Positions 1 to 10,378 are shown, counted from the stretch's first letter. The stretch is 64,000 nucleotides of DNA from Deltaproteobacteria bacterium (GCA_033763315.1 JANRKS010000001.1:160001-224000); one strand, 5' to 3'. The notes: a model not told the origin generated them from the sequence alone. Made by a program: numbers and translations.

Positions 1-250
1 GCTGTAGCCGCCATTGCAGTTCACCAATGAAATCTTCGGGCCACGGCGCGTTCATTACCTGCTCAGGCGTTAGGTTTGCCGTGCCATCTGCAAGCAAAGC
101 ACGCAGCAACGCGTCCGTGCACACGAAGCCTGGCGGCGTGCGCAGCCCGCACGCTTGCAGCAACGCCAGCGACGCCGCTTTGCCGCCGCCTACGTGCGCC
201 TCAAGCGGCAAGGGGTTGGTGAACCTTACAGGCATAAGCGTGTCATCCAT
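1..250 (-). CDS. PEP/pyruvate-binding domain protein (PPDK_N / PEP synthase-like), N-terminal part, runs off window edge
   Basis: Manual translation from ATG at 250: MDDTLMPVRFTNPLPLEAHVGGGKAASLALLQACGLRTPPGFVCTD. The GGKAxSL...GxxxPPGFV motif is typical of the PEP synthase N-terminus. Not in the ORF track because it is truncated. Confidence 0.8.
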   Translation of the reverse strand, partial: MDDTLMPVRFTNPLPLEAHVGGGKAASLALLQACGLRTPPGFVCTDALLRALLADGTANLTPEQVMNAPWPEDFIGELQWRLQ

Positions 251-264
251 GCACGCGTGCTTGG

Positions 265-1833
265 CTAGTTGCCGTCGCCCAGGCCGAAAAATTGCTGCAT
301 TTTGCGCAAGATTTGGCGACTCTGTTCGTTGGGCATGCGGTGTTGCACGCGGCCGTCATGGCTCGACAAGGCGTCATCCAAGCCTTGCTGGCGGTTGGCC
401 AAGATCGTTGCCAATTCGGCGGCCACCTCGGGACGTGAATGCACAAGTTGATTCACGGCGTCTCGATCCAACCGGTAACATTCCACTTCGGTGATTGCGG
501 TGACCGTGGCCGTGCGGGGCATGCCCGTCATCAAGCCATGCTCACCAAAAAAGCCAGGCGCGCTGATGGAGCCCACCACCGACTCTTTGCCGTCGCGTGC
601 CGCACGGATTTCAACTTGGCCCGAGCACAAGATGTAAAGCCAATGCGCTTCGGCGCCTTGGCGTGTGATGACTTCGCCGCGCGCGAACACCGCGTAGGTC
701 AGCCGCGCGGCAAGGTGGTCGCGTTCGTCCGGCGTGATTGTGCTGAACAGATCTACCTTCGAGAGCACGTCGGTGCGCCGCTGTAACTCGCGCTGCGCTT
801 TGCGTTCGGCATGCGCTTCATCGTCTTGCGCCACAAAGATGGTGGCGGCGGGCACGGCCAGCGGAATGCCGGCGCGTTTAAGCGCGGCAAAGATGCGCAC
901 GCGCACCGAGGAGCTTATAAGGTCATCTTGTGCCAGATCGGTCAACCAATAGCGCACGGCATAGTGCGCGAAACTGTCGCGGCCATTGTTCGCGAGATCA
1001 AAGCAAACGCAGTTCGGTGCGGGCGTGCTTGCCACACAAGGCAACGGCGCGCTTCGCAGCGATTTTTCCACCGTTTCGATCACGGTGGCCGGGCTGAAAC
1101 GAAAATCAACGTTGAAGTGAACCCACGTGCGGTGTTGCACGGGCTGGCCCGTTCGTTTTCCCAACAAAGTGATGGTTTGTGAAAGCAGGCTGCTGTTGGG
1201 AACGATCACGGTGTCCCAGTTTCGGGTTTCCACGACCACATGGCGCCAGCGAATCTCTTTGACGAGGCCTTCCACGTCACTGCCAAAGCGAATCCAATCA
1301 CCCACGGAGATGGAATCGTCCAACTGCAGGGTGAGTCCGCCGAACATGTTGCCGAGGGTCGCTTGCATTGAGAACGCCAAGATGGCGGTGACCACCGCCG
1401 ATGTGGCGACCAAGCTTGAAAAATCAACGCCATTGCGGCGCAAGAACACGAACATCGTCACCACGTAAGCCGCGCCCAAAGCCAACTCGTGCACGATGTT
1501 CGGTACGTGCAAGCGCAGCCGCGGCAGCGCCAGTTCAAACACCACCAGGGCGCCCGCGTTGACGGCCAGCAACCGCACACACAACCACGTGACGTCGCCA
1601 AGGAAATCGATCCACGCGGGCTTGATCGTGGACGTGTAAGGCATCGCGTAGCTCAACGTCAGCTGTGCCGTGAGCGCGGCCACATAAAGCACAAATGGCG
1701 CCACCAACCGCCGCACACGCCGCCGCCGATCCGGCGCCAACCGACCCACCAGGAAGGCCACACCCACAACCAACGCCGCTAAGGCAGCGACGTGAAGAAA
1801 CAGCGTGGGAGAAAACTCGATACGTTGGCTCAA
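265..1833 (-). CDS. MscS-family mechanosensitive channel with C-terminal cyclic-nucleotide-binding domain (bCNG-like)
   Basis: N-terminal TM helices, MscS core (AFSMQATLGNMFGGL, VGDWI, IVPNS) and a cNMP domain (GEVITRQG, FFGEHGLMTGMPRTATV). Confidence 0.9.
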   Translation of the reverse strand: MSQRIEFSPTLFLHVAALAALVVGVAFLVGRLAPDRRRRVRRLVAPFVLYVAALTAQLTLSYAMPYTSTIKPAWIDFLGDVTWLCVRLLAVNAGALVVFELALPRLRLHVPNIVHELALGAAYVVTMFVFLRRNGVDFSSLVATSAVVTAILAFSMQATLGNMFGGLTLQLDDSISVGDWIRFGSDVEGLVKEIRWRHVVVETRNWDTVIVPNSSLLSQTITLLGKRTGQPVQHRTWVHFNVDFRFSPATVIETVEKSLRSAPLPCVASTPAPNCVCFDLANNGRDSFAHYAVRYWLTDLAQDDLISSSVRVRIFAALKRAGIPLAVPAATIFVAQDDEAHAERKAQRELQRRTDVLSKVDLFSTITPDERDHLAARLTYAVFARGEVITRQGAEAHWLYILCSGQVEIRAARDGKESVVGSISAPGFFGEHGLMTGMPRTATVTAITEVECYRLDRDAVNQLVHSRPEVAAELATILANRQQGLDDALSSHDGRVQHRMPNEQSRQILRKMQQFFGLGDGN

Positions 1834-1846
1834 TGAAGGTCCTTGT

Positions 1847-3055
1847 TTATTGTATGGGGCAACCCACGGGCAGCGCCACCGGTGCGGGCACGCTGGTGTT
1901 TTCTAAGGTGCCAATGCCCACCTGGCCTTCGGTGTTGCGACCCCAGCACCACAAGCTGCGGTCTTGGCGGATCGCGCATGTATGCGCCGCCCCTGCCGAC
2001 ATGAATATCGCGTCAGTCAGCACCTCGATCGCTTCGTTCTCGGGCACAACTGCGCGCGGGTCGGGCCCCACTTGACCCTGATCGTTGGCACCTGCGCATT
2101 TCATCTTGAGGTCTGTGGTGATCACGCACGCGTGGTTCTGCCCCAAGGTGATCCCCAAATTGTCTTTGCCCCAGCCCACCACTTCGGGTGTGGCCAAGGG
2201 AGGTGAACAGAAGATGCGGCCCGCGTCTTCACCCGCGGACACCACGCACGTGCGGCCCGGGCCCACCGCCACCGCGGCGATACCCACCGTGAACGCTGCG
2301 GGCAAGACAGGCGCCAATCCCACCCCGGGCTCAGGCGCCACGCCCAACGCACCCGTTTCGTTGGCGCCCCAACAGCGCAGTTCACCTTTGGTGGTGCGAA
2401 GGCAGGTGTGATCCACCGTGGCCACCAAGGACGAGGTGGCTTCCGTTAAAGCGCCCAGCACCACGGGGGTAGGCCGATCCACGGCGGTGCCATCGCCCAC
2501 CAAACCTCCGCGGCCCCAACAAAACACGCGGCCGTCGGTCAGCAGCGTGCACGCGTGTTCGCCACCCGTGACGATCGCTGAACTGTTGCCCGGCAACATC
2601 ACCGGCACAGGTTTGCTGAGCGGTGGTGCGCCTTCGGGGGCACCCACCGGCCGCCCCCAACAAAGCACCTGATTGTCAGTGGCGCGTCCGCAAGAAGCGC
2701 CGCTTGAGGCACGGATCTCGACCAGTGGTTTGGGCGTGACGACGATCGCCGGCAGCGGCCGTGTCACCAGATCGCCCATCCCCAACTGACCTTGGTCGTT
2801 CGCGCCCCAACAGAACGTGCGGCCATCCACAAGCAAGGCGCAGGTGTGGGTGGCTCCGGCAGAGACGCGGGCCACCTGGCACGAGCGCGGGTTTTGCACC
2901 TGCAACACATCGGCCTCGCCGGCGTCGATGGCACCCGACGTTGGACCGGTGCCGTTGTCAGCGTCGCTACAGCCTCCGCCCAGCCACAGCGCGAGCGCAC
3001 ACAGAAGCCGGGTGGGAAGGCGAAAGCGCGACGCTACATAAGCCATGACCGCCAT
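1847..3055 (-). CDS. RCC1-repeat lipoprotein
   Basis: Repeated xSAGxxHTCAL...CWGxNxxGQLG units and a lipobox LGGGC. Start moved to ATG 3055 (or 3046) because the longer ORF overlaps the divergent gene. Confidence 0.85.
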   Translation of the reverse strand: MAVMAYVASRFRLPTRLLCALALWLGGGCSDADNGTGPTSGAIDAGEADVLQVQNPRSCQVARVSAGATHTCALLVDGRTFCWGANDQGQLGMGDLVTRPLPAIVVTPKPLVEIRASSGASCGRATDNQVLCWGRPVGAPEGAPPLSKPVPVMLPGNSSAIVTGGEHACTLLTDGRVFCWGRGGLVGDGTAVDRPTPVVLGALTEATSSLVATVDHTCLRTTKGELRCWGANETGALGVAPEPGVGLAPVLPAAFTVGIAAVAVGPGRTCVVSAGEDAGRIFCSPPLATPEVVGWGKDNLGITLGQNHACVITTDLKMKCAGANDQGQVGPDPRAVVPENEAIEVLTDAIFMSAGAAHTCAIRQDRSLWCWGRNTEGQVGIGTLENTSVPAPVALPVGCPIQ

Positions 3056-3156
3056 GATACACCGGGACTTTGGGTGAAGCCGTGTGCGCCAAGCGCGCAA
3101 CAGAGCGCGGAAGGCTTGGCCGGCCCGCGAAAACAGACTAAGAACACCAAGCACAT

Positions 3157-3714
3157 ATGAGGGGACCCCTGTTTTCCGGCGCCGTCGGGCATCGATCGAC
3201 GCTTGAGCGTTTGGCGGCTCTGGTGCGGCAACGGTCGCCCGTGGTGGTCCTCGGCACCGTGTGGTTGGCCGAAGCGCTGGCCGAGGCCACACCCGTGCTG
3301 CTGTTGGTCGAAGCGCGCCGTTTGCGTGCGGCGATGCGTGCGAGCAAACGCTGTGAGAAGGCCGGCCGGCAGCTGACGGTGGCCATTGCGGGGCCCGCGT
3401 TGCCTTTGCGCCCGGCGGGTGCGGGCGCGTTGGTGCTCGACGATCTGGTCGATCTCGAAGACGACGATCTGTTGACGTATGTGCCGGATCTTGTGCCCTT
3501 CATGAGCGAGGGCGGGCTGCTGGTCACGCTCGATCGAACCAAAGAGCCCGCCACCGAAAGCCGCATTGCTGGCAGCTTCTTGGCGGGGGGGTTGTTACGC
3601 ATCGGCCAGGAGCGTCCGCGCGAAGGCGCACTCATCACAGTGGGCGCGGCGCCTGGGGCAGATGTTGTGGCGGCGCTGTCCGCGTCTGCCATTGCCCTTG
3701 GCGCCAGCGAGTAA
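3157..3714 (+). CDS. Hypothetical protein, possible degenerate SAM-methyltransferase-like fold
   Basis: 185 aa ORF. The LPLRPAGAGALVL...MSEGGLLVTLD segment resembles class I methyltransferase motifs, but there is no clear GxGxG. Confidence 0.5.
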   Translation: MRGPLFSGAVGHRSTLERLAALVRQRSPVVVLGTVWLAEALAEATPVLLLVEARRLRAAMRASKRCEKAGRQLTVAIAGPALPLRPAGAGALVLDDLVDLEDDDLLTYVPDLVPFMSEGGLLVTLDRTKEPATESRIAGSFLAGGLLRIGQERPREGALITVGAAPGADVVAALSASAIALGASE

Positions 3715-3725
3715 GCCAGGCCCGC

Positions 3726-5039
3726 GTGCGACTGCCCACCTCACCTTTGAGCCGCGCCGCCGTGGTGGTGGCCGTGTCTGTGGCGCTGCACGCGTTGGTG
3801 GTGATGGCTTTTATGGCGTCCTCGTTGGCGCGTTTGTGGCCGTCGGCGCCGGCGATTGAGATTGAAGTTGTAAGCACGCCGCCCACCGCGCTGCCGCTCG
3901 AAGCGCCCGCGCCCCCCGCGGCCCCGCCCTCGGTGGCCACCGCCGGGGTAAAAAAACCGAAAGCCGGTCCGGGGCCCAAGCACACGCCCGACGCCGGTCC
4001 AGACGCCGCAGAACCGAGCGATGCGGGTGTGGCCAGCGACGCGCTACCGGACGGCGCAGGCGCAGATGCAGGCAAACCGGGTGGTTTGCGCGCCGATGGT
4101 CCCGAAGGCGCGCGCCTTGTGGTGCGGCTCAGACTCGATCGCCTCCGCGAGGCGCCCCAATCGACTTCATTCACCGCCCTGGCCGACGAACTGCTTAAGC
4201 TTTTGCCCGATCGGCACCGTTTGATCGAAGGCAGCGGTCTGAACATCTTCGCGGATTTCGACACGATGGTGGTGGCCACGCCGAACCCGCTCGACGATGC
4301 CGTGACCTTCTTGGCCGTGCACCACCATGTGCCCGATGCGGCGCTCACTTTGGCGTTGGGCCGGGCTGCCACCGCGAACGCACGGCCCATTGAATGGACC
4401 ACGCTGCGCGGCCGCCCGGTGGGTTTGCGGCCGCCAGGGGCCAGTCCGTCGCGCGACGACCGCGTGTTCGTGTTGCCCGAACCCGGCTGGGCGGTGATCG
4501 CGCCGGCCGCTTACATGCAGTTGCTGGTGCCTGAACTTGTGAAGGCGCCCGCCGGGACGCCTGATGTGGTTGCGCCCGAGGATTTTGGCACCCTGGCGGG
4601 GCGTTTACGCGGGGAAGAAGCGGCGATGGGCGAGGGCGTGGTCCTGATGGCCACGGCCTCGCAATTGTTGAGCGCCCGGCCCGGCCAAAAATTCAGCTTG
4701 CCCGGTTCGCCGCCACTTGAAATCCCAAGCGCCGTGACGTTGCAGGTGCGCCTCGATCCCGAACCTGTGCTGGAGCTAACCTTGGGCTTCGCGGACCGCG
4801 AGGCCGCTGCCGGTTGGACCGCCGCCCTGCCACCGCTGTGTCGGCAGTTCGCTAACCACCCGATGGTGGTGTTCGCTGGTATGACCGCCGCGCTGACCCG
4901 CATCTCCGTGGTTCAAACCGCACAAGATTTGCCAGGGACGGGCGCTGATGTTCTGATTAAGGCTCCCCTTTCCTCGGACGAGGCCGCGCGCATCTTGGGC
5001 ATGAGCACCAACCTGTTGCGCAGCCGGCTTCGTCGATAG
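3726..5039 (+). CDS. Membrane-anchored hypothetical protein with Pro-rich linker
   Basis: N-terminal TM helix (SVALHALVV), a Pro/Ala-rich and PDAG-repeat linker, and a globular C-terminal domain. Co-oriented with its neighbours. Confidence 0.7.
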   Translation: MRLPTSPLSRAAVVVAVSVALHALVVMAFMASSLARLWPSAPAIEIEVVSTPPTALPLEAPAPPAAPPSVATAGVKKPKAGPGPKHTPDAGPDAAEPSDAGVASDALPDGAGADAGKPGGLRADGPEGARLVVRLRLDRLREAPQSTSFTALADELLKLLPDRHRLIEGSGLNIFADFDTMVVATPNPLDDAVTFLAVHHHVPDAALTLALGRAATANARPIEWTTLRGRPVGLRPPGASPSRDDRVFVLPEPGWAVIAPAAYMQLLVPELVKAPAGTPDVVAPEDFGTLAGRLRGEEAAMGEGVVLMATASQLLSARPGQKFSLPGSPPLEIPSAVTLQVRLDPEPVLELTLGFADREAAAGWTAALPPLCRQFANHPMVVFAGMTAALTRISVVQTAQDLPGTGADVLIKAPLSSDEAARILGMSTNLLRSRLRR

Positions 5040-5069
5040 ACGCATGGTACGCTTATAAAAGATCCCTTC

Positions 5070-6614
5070 ATGCCCAGCTTACTTGCACCTACCACGGGCA
5101 ATGGGCGCGCCAGCCAAACGGATGGGTCCACCACCGTGGCCGGCCGCGTGATGGCCCTTCTTGAAGGCCTCAGTCGCCCCAGCGACATTCCCCGCGGCAG
5201 CCGCGTTTACGCCAACCGCAACTTGCAGCTTGATCGCGTCAAACTGGTTGGCTTCGACATGGACTACACGCTGGCGCTTTACGATCAACCGCGCATGGAG
5301 GCGCTTTCGATCGAGGCCACGCTGTTTAAGTTGATCGGCCTTAAGGGTTACCCCGAAGCGATTCGCAACCTCACGTATGACGCGCGTTTTGGCATCCGCG
5401 GTTTGGTGATCGATCGCGAAACAGGCAACATCTTAAAGCCCGATCGTTATGGCGCTCCCGGCCGCGCCTATCACGGCCGCCGCATGTTGGACGCCGCGAT
5501 GTTGTTTGACCTTTACCACAAGCAGCGATTTCGTTTCTCCAGCGAGCGTTTCGCGTTCATCGATACTTTGTTCGCGTTGCCCGAAGCGGTGATGTATGCG
5601 TCGCTCGTCGATTTTTTTGATGCGTTTCCTGATTTGGCGCGGCCGTACCCGCAGGTGTGGGACGACATTCGCGAATGCATTGATCTTGCCCACCGCGATG
5701 GCGCCATCAAGGACATCATCGTTAAGGATCTCAAAAGCTACATCCAACCGGATCCGCATTTGGCCGAAGCGCTGCACAAGATGCGCTCGTCGGGCAAGAA
5801 GCTGTTCTTGTTGACCAACTCTGCCTTCGATTACACGAACTCACTGATGACGTACCTGCTCGATGGCGCGCTCGACGCGTATCCGGGCTGGCGCAATTAC
5901 TTCGACATCGTGATCGTCTCGGCGCAAAAGCCAGGCTTTTTCACGGAAAAGCGGCCGTTCCACGAACTGGATGCGCAAGGCAACATCGTGGGCGAAATGG
6001 CCAATGAACCTTTTGCGCGCGGCAAAGTTTATAGCGCCGGGAATTTGAAAGAGTTCGAAGAGCGCGCCGGCGCGCGCGGTGATCGGGTGCTGTTTGTGGG
6101 CGATCACATCTATGGCGATATGCTGCGCTCACGGAAATCATCCGCGTGGCGCACGGCGATGGTGATTCAGGAGCTTGAGCACGAAGTCAAAGTGCACGAT
6201 GAGTGCGTTGATTCGCTGGCGCGGCTTGAAGAGCTTGAACGGCATTTGCGCCACCTCGACGCTGAGATCGATGAGAAACAACACATCTTGCGCTCGCTCG
6301 AAAAGTTGCAGAACGGGCACACCACGCGCGACAACGTCACGACCGCAAAGAAGCTGGCGCGCGAAGTGGTGGATCGCATGCGTTCTGAGCAACGCACCAG
6401 CATGGTTGAACACGCAGAGCTTGAGGCCAAGCTAGACGAAGCGTTCAACGTGTTTTGGGGGCCGTCGTTCCGCGAAGGGCGCGAGGTCAGTAAGTTTGGC
6501 GACCAAGTGGAAGACTACGCGTGTGTTTACACGTCGCGCGTTTCCAATTTCCGTTTTTATTCGCCCATGCGCCACTTCCGTGGTCCGCGCGATCGCATGC
6601 CGCACGAACGTTAG
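5070..6614 (+). CDS. HAD-IG family 5'-nucleotidase (cN-II type)
   Basis: Motifs VYANRNL, GFDMDYTLA, LFLLTNS, KPGFF, FVGDHIYGD and YACVYTSRVSN. Confidence 0.93.
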   Translation: MPSLLAPTTGNGRASQTDGSTTVAGRVMALLEGLSRPSDIPRGSRVYANRNLQLDRVKLVGFDMDYTLALYDQPRMEALSIEATLFKLIGLKGYPEAIRNLTYDARFGIRGLVIDRETGNILKPDRYGAPGRAYHGRRMLDAAMLFDLYHKQRFRFSSERFAFIDTLFALPEAVMYASLVDFFDAFPDLARPYPQVWDDIRECIDLAHRDGAIKDIIVKDLKSYIQPDPHLAEALHKMRSSGKKLFLLTNSAFDYTNSLMTYLLDGALDAYPGWRNYFDIVIVSAQKPGFFTEKRPFHELDAQGNIVGEMANEPFARGKVYSAGNLKEFEERAGARGDRVLFVGDHIYGDMLRSRKSSAWRTAMVIQELEHEVKVHDECVDSLARLEELERHLRHLDAEIDEKQHILRSLEKLQNGHTTRDNVTTAKKLAREVVDRMRSEQRTSMVEHAELEAKLDEAFNVFWGPSFREGREVSKFGDQVEDYACVYTSRVSNFRFYSPMRHFRGPRDRMPHER

Positions 6615-6680
6615 TCACTTTGGTGAAACCGGCTGTGCAGGCCGGCATCCAAGGGGCCTCAACCACAAACGGAGGCTCAC

Positions 6681-7574
6681 ATGATCGCAGTTGTTGGTGC
6701 ATCGGGGAACACAGGGAAAGCTGTTGCAGAGGCGTTGCTCGCACGGGGCGAAAAGGTGCGGGCCTTGGGGCGCAGCGCCGACAAGTTGGCGGGTTTGGCC
6801 AGCAAAGGCGCCGACACCGCGCTTGGCGACGTGACGGACGCCGCTTACTTGACCAAGGCATTTGCGGGCGCCAAAGCGGTTTATGCTTTGATTCCGCCCA
6901 ACGCAGCTGCCCCAGATTTTCTGGCGTACCAAAACAAGGTTGGCGAGGCGATCACCAAAGCTGTCGCAGACAGTGGCGTGAAGAAGGTTGTGTTTCTTTC
7001 CAGCCTGGGCGCCGATCAACCAAGTGGCACCGGCCCGATTGTTGGCCTTCACAAACAAGAAGAGCGCTTCAAGGCGATCGCGGGCCTCTTCACAATAAGC
7101 CTGCGCCCGGGCTACTTCATGGAAAACCAGTTCGGCAGCCTGCCGATGATCAAGCACCAAGGCATCACTGGCGGCGCGATCAAAGGTGACCTGCCTTTCC
7201 CGCAAATCGCCACGGCAGACATCGCAGTGGCGGCGGTCAAAGCCTTGTTGGATGAAACCGGTGCCACGCAGGGTTTTGAGGTGCGTGAGTTGCACGGCCC
7301 GCGTGACTTATCGCTGAACGAGGCCGCCAAAATCTTGGGCGCACGCATCGGCAAACCTGATCTCGCTTACGTGCAGTTCCCGTACGAAGGCTTCGCCAGC
7401 GCGCTCACGCAATTCGGCTTCTCAGCGGACGTGGCGCGGCTTTACGCTGAAATGTCGCAGGCCTTCAACGAAGGCAAAGTGAAAAGCCTCGCGGGACGCA
7501 GCGCCGCCACCACCACCCCCACGTCCTTCGAATCGTTCAGCGAGGTATTGGCGGGCGCATATAAAGCGATGTGA
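6681..7574 (+). CDS. NmrA-like NAD(P)H-binding protein
   Basis: Rossmann motif GASGNTG, VFLSSLGA and LRPGYFMEN. GGAGG RBS upstream. Confidence 0.9.
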   Translation: MIAVVGASGNTGKAVAEALLARGEKVRALGRSADKLAGLASKGADTALGDVTDAAYLTKAFAGAKAVYALIPPNAAAPDFLAYQNKVGEAITKAVADSGVKKVVFLSSLGADQPSGTGPIVGLHKQEERFKAIAGLFTISLRPGYFMENQFGSLPMIKHQGITGGAIKGDLPFPQIATADIAVAAVKALLDETGATQGFEVRELHGPRDLSLNEAAKILGARIGKPDLAYVQFPYEGFASALTQFGFSADVARLYAEMSQAFNEGKVKSLAGRSAATTTPTSFESFSEVLAGAYKAM

Positions 7575-7598
7575 GGTCGAATCAAGAGCGGCAGGCGC

Positions 7599-8564
7599 CT
7601 ACCGCTTGCCGCGCCTGCGCGATCGCCGCACCCACGCGGCCCCCAGCAGCAAAACAACGCTCGCCAGGGCGCCGTTGCTTCGGCGCGGTTGGCGTCCCAC
7701 CCTGCATGAGCAGCCGTCGTCTTCAGGCGCAGGTCGGCCGGCGTCGGGGCCCGTCCCCGTGCCACTGCCCGAGACATCGCCGCTTGCGTCGCGAGCTGCG
7801 CCTGCATCACTTAAAGGGCTGGCATCCGTCGTCGTCTGCAGAGCATCCATCGCAACCGCCGCATCAACCGAGGTTGCCGCATCAACGGCATTCGCATCAA
7901 CACCTGCGTCCGCCCCTGCATCGGGTGGCTCCAGCCGTTCTGTTGTGCGAATGCCAAACGTAAACCCGTGCCATGATTCAGGCGTCGGCACCGTCCACGA
8001 GAAGGTGGGAAACGTGCCTAAGAACTGCACCGTTCCGTGCCCTTCGGTTCCTTGCAACACATTGTTCGGCAGCTGCACCAACGCCGTGGAACCGCCGCCC
8101 CAATAGCCGGAACCTTGGCTGACGATCGCAAACGGTGCATCAAAGTTGTAGGTGATCGTTGTGCCGGACGCGCCCAGGCTGACGATCGCCATGATGGGAT
8201 CTTTGATCGCTTCGGAGAGCGTCACTTTGTAAACCTGGTTCTGCCCGCCGCTTAGCTGCAGGATGTCCGGTGAGGGTGGAAAGTTTTCGACTTCGGCGCT
8301 GACGTAGGGAGCGGTCGGGTTCCAATAATTCGTGCCGCCGTTGACCTGCGCCCCGTAGAGGTTGCCTGCGGATCCGTTGGCGTTGATGGCCTCGAAAGTC
8401 ACGGTGACGGTCGACGAATCAGGCAGCGTGATGGTGCCCTTCGCTGTGCCCGCCGCCACGTTCGCTTCGGTCCAATCGACGTAGCTATAAGTTGCGGCCC
8501 ATGCTCCGTGGGGCGCCAGCCCAATCAATGCACACACACTTCCCAACCAGAGCTTTGCGTTCAT
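7599..8564 (-). CDS. Secreted protein with MYXO-CTERM sorting signal
   Basis: Signal peptide (MNAKLWLG...AWA), beta-rich domain, DAG-rich linker, and C-terminal DDGCSCRVG followed by a hydrophobic helix and RRSRRR. Confidence 0.85.
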   Translation of the reverse strand: MNAKLWLGSVCALIGLAPHGAWAATYSYVDWTEANVAAGTAKGTITLPDSSTVTVTFEAINANGSAGNLYGAQVNGGTNYWNPTAPYVSAEVENFPPSPDILQLSGGQNQVYKVTLSEAIKDPIMAIVSLGASGTTITYNFDAPFAIVSQGSGYWGGGSTALVQLPNNVLQGTEGHGTVQFLGTFPTFSWTVPTPESWHGFTFGIRTTERLEPPDAGADAGVDANAVDAATSVDAAVAMDALQTTTDASPLSDAGAARDASGDVSGSGTGTGPDAGRPAPEDDGCSCRVGRQPRRSNGALASVVLLLGAAWVRRSRRRGKR

Positions 8565-8596
8565 GCGCCACACAATACCGGCACGATTTGTTGCAA

Positions 8597-10324
8597 TCAA
8601 CGCACGATTGCAGCCCGCGCGGCACGTTTTTTCACCCACCAAAGCGTGCCGCCCAACAACAGCGCCACCACCGCGGCGGCCGCCAGCCATGGCCACGTTT
8701 CGTTCGGCGCGGATAAGAGTGTGGCCCAACGTTCAGCTTCTTCTGTGCGGTTGGTGCGCCGCAAGCAATGCATCAGATCCTCATGCAACGTTGGTTCAAG
8801 CGGTAACTTCATTTGCGCTGTTTGCAGCAGTGGCAGCGCTTGTTCGCATTTGTTTTGGCGGGCGCGAAAGTGCGCGAGTTCAGCCGTGTAGATCGGGTGA
8901 GTGATGTGAAGCTGCGTGGCACGTTCGATCACCGCCTCGGCGCGCGTGGCATCGTGGTGGCCCGCGAACCAACGCAATTGGCATGCGGTGACGAACGGAT
9001 CATCGGGGGAGGCAGAAACGGCTTGCGCCAAATTTTGTTCCGCTTGTGTTTCGAACGCCAAAGTCGCATAGCCGCACGCCGCTTGTGCCAAGTGCGCGCC
9101 TCGCGTGGCAGGCGCGGGTGGTTGCACCAAAGCGATCAGCCCCGCTGGCCCGATCAAATCCAAAGCCAGCAGAGCGTGCAGACGCGCGCTGGCACTTTCA
9201 TCGGCAAAAGACTTGGGCAGCCTGGCCAAGGCCGCGTCACGTTGACCGCCGGCCGCGAGCACGGCGGCTGCCACCCACGCAGGCGCATCGGTCACCCCGC
9301 CGAGTGCCGCGGCCGCCACGGCGGTGCGCCCTTGGGCAAGCAAGGCGGCCGCGCGCAACCACCCAAACAGTTGTGGGCAGCTGGCGTCGGCCTGCGCCGC
9401 TTGCACGCGCGCTTGTGGCTGGCCGGCAATGAACCGGAAATAGGTCACCCACCGTTGTTGGCAGCCCCCACCTTCCCCACGGCTGCCCAGCCGTGCTGCA
9501 TACGCGGCGATGCCTTCGGCATCATCCAATTCGGTCGCGGCTTTCAAACACGTGCGTGCGGTTGATTCGCCTGTGTGTTGTGGCACCGCCCGGTAAAAGC
9601 GTTCACACATGGCAAGCGTTGCGAATCGATCCGGCACTTGTGCCAAGAAGCTGATCACGTGAGCCAGCGTGCGTGGATCTTCGCCACGCTTGAGCTCCTC
9701 CATCCACGCCTGCCACGCCTTTTGCGGCTGCCCCGGTTGCAAGTGAAGCCGATAATAATCGGCCCAAGTCGCGGACAAGCCCACGGTGTCAGACCGCAAC
9801 GCCTGGGCCCGTTGCAAAAACGCCAACATGTCACCGCTGCGGCCCGCATAGTCGCTGAAGATGGCCGCACCAACCTGTGCGGCCGCATTGAAAGGTTCGC
9901 GCTCAGCGCGGCCCACCAGACGTCCGTGCGCTTCCGCCAAACGCCCCCGGCTGGCGGTCGCTTGCACCAAAAGCCGCATGGCAGGCACACAATCGGGATC
10001 GATCACCAACAGGTTTGCGAGCTCTTGCGGCGGGGAGGCGCCCGATACCTTCGCGAGCGCGGCGCGAGCGCGCGTGTTGCAAACATTGGCTGCGGCAGGC
10101 ACGAACGCCGGCGGCGCCGGGGCGCCCCACAAGGGGCCTTGCTCAACCGCAAGTCGCTTGATGACGAAGTCAGGCCCTTGTGTATCGAAAGTGCGGCTTG
10201 TGCCGTACGCAAACCACAGCGCCAAGGTGGCTGTGCAGAGAACCAACACGCCCCAGACCCACCAACGTCGCTTCTTGGGCAACGAAGGTTTTGTCCGCCG
10301 CTGACCCAACGTCGCCTGAACCAT
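8597..10324 (-). CDS. TPR-like membrane-anchored protein
   Basis: N- and C-terminal TM segments flank Ala/Leu-rich helical repeats. Confidence 0.7.
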   Translation of the reverse strand: MVQATLGQRRTKPSLPKKRRWWVWGVLVLCTATLALWFAYGTSRTFDTQGPDFVIKRLAVEQGPLWGAPAPPAFVPAAANVCNTRARAALAKVSGASPPQELANLLVIDPDCVPAMRLLVQATASRGRLAEAHGRLVGRAEREPFNAAAQVGAAIFSDYAGRSGDMLAFLQRAQALRSDTVGLSATWADYYRLHLQPGQPQKAWQAWMEELKRGEDPRTLAHVISFLAQVPDRFATLAMCERFYRAVPQHTGESTARTCLKAATELDDAEGIAAYAARLGSRGEGGGCQQRWVTYFRFIAGQPQARVQAAQADASCPQLFGWLRAAALLAQGRTAVAAAALGGVTDAPAWVAAAVLAAGGQRDAALARLPKSFADESASARLHALLALDLIGPAGLIALVQPPAPATRGAHLAQAACGYATLAFETQAEQNLAQAVSASPDDPFVTACQLRWFAGHHDATRAEAVIERATQLHITHPIYTAELAHFRARQNKCEQALPLLQTAQMKLPLEPTLHEDLMHCLRRTNRTEEAERWATLLSAPNETWPWLAAAAVVALLLGGTLWWVKKRAARAAIVR

Positions 10325-10378
10325 CCCATCAACACCTTATGCCCAATGCGCGAACGGGCAAAGATATGGTTTGCGCCG

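Noticed and set aside
3746-3754. Additional TGAGCC hits (also near 33355, 40370 and 60811)
   Set aside because: They lie inside coding sequence. Those I checked (3748, 40370, 60811) lack a cassette-type -10 element at the right spacing.
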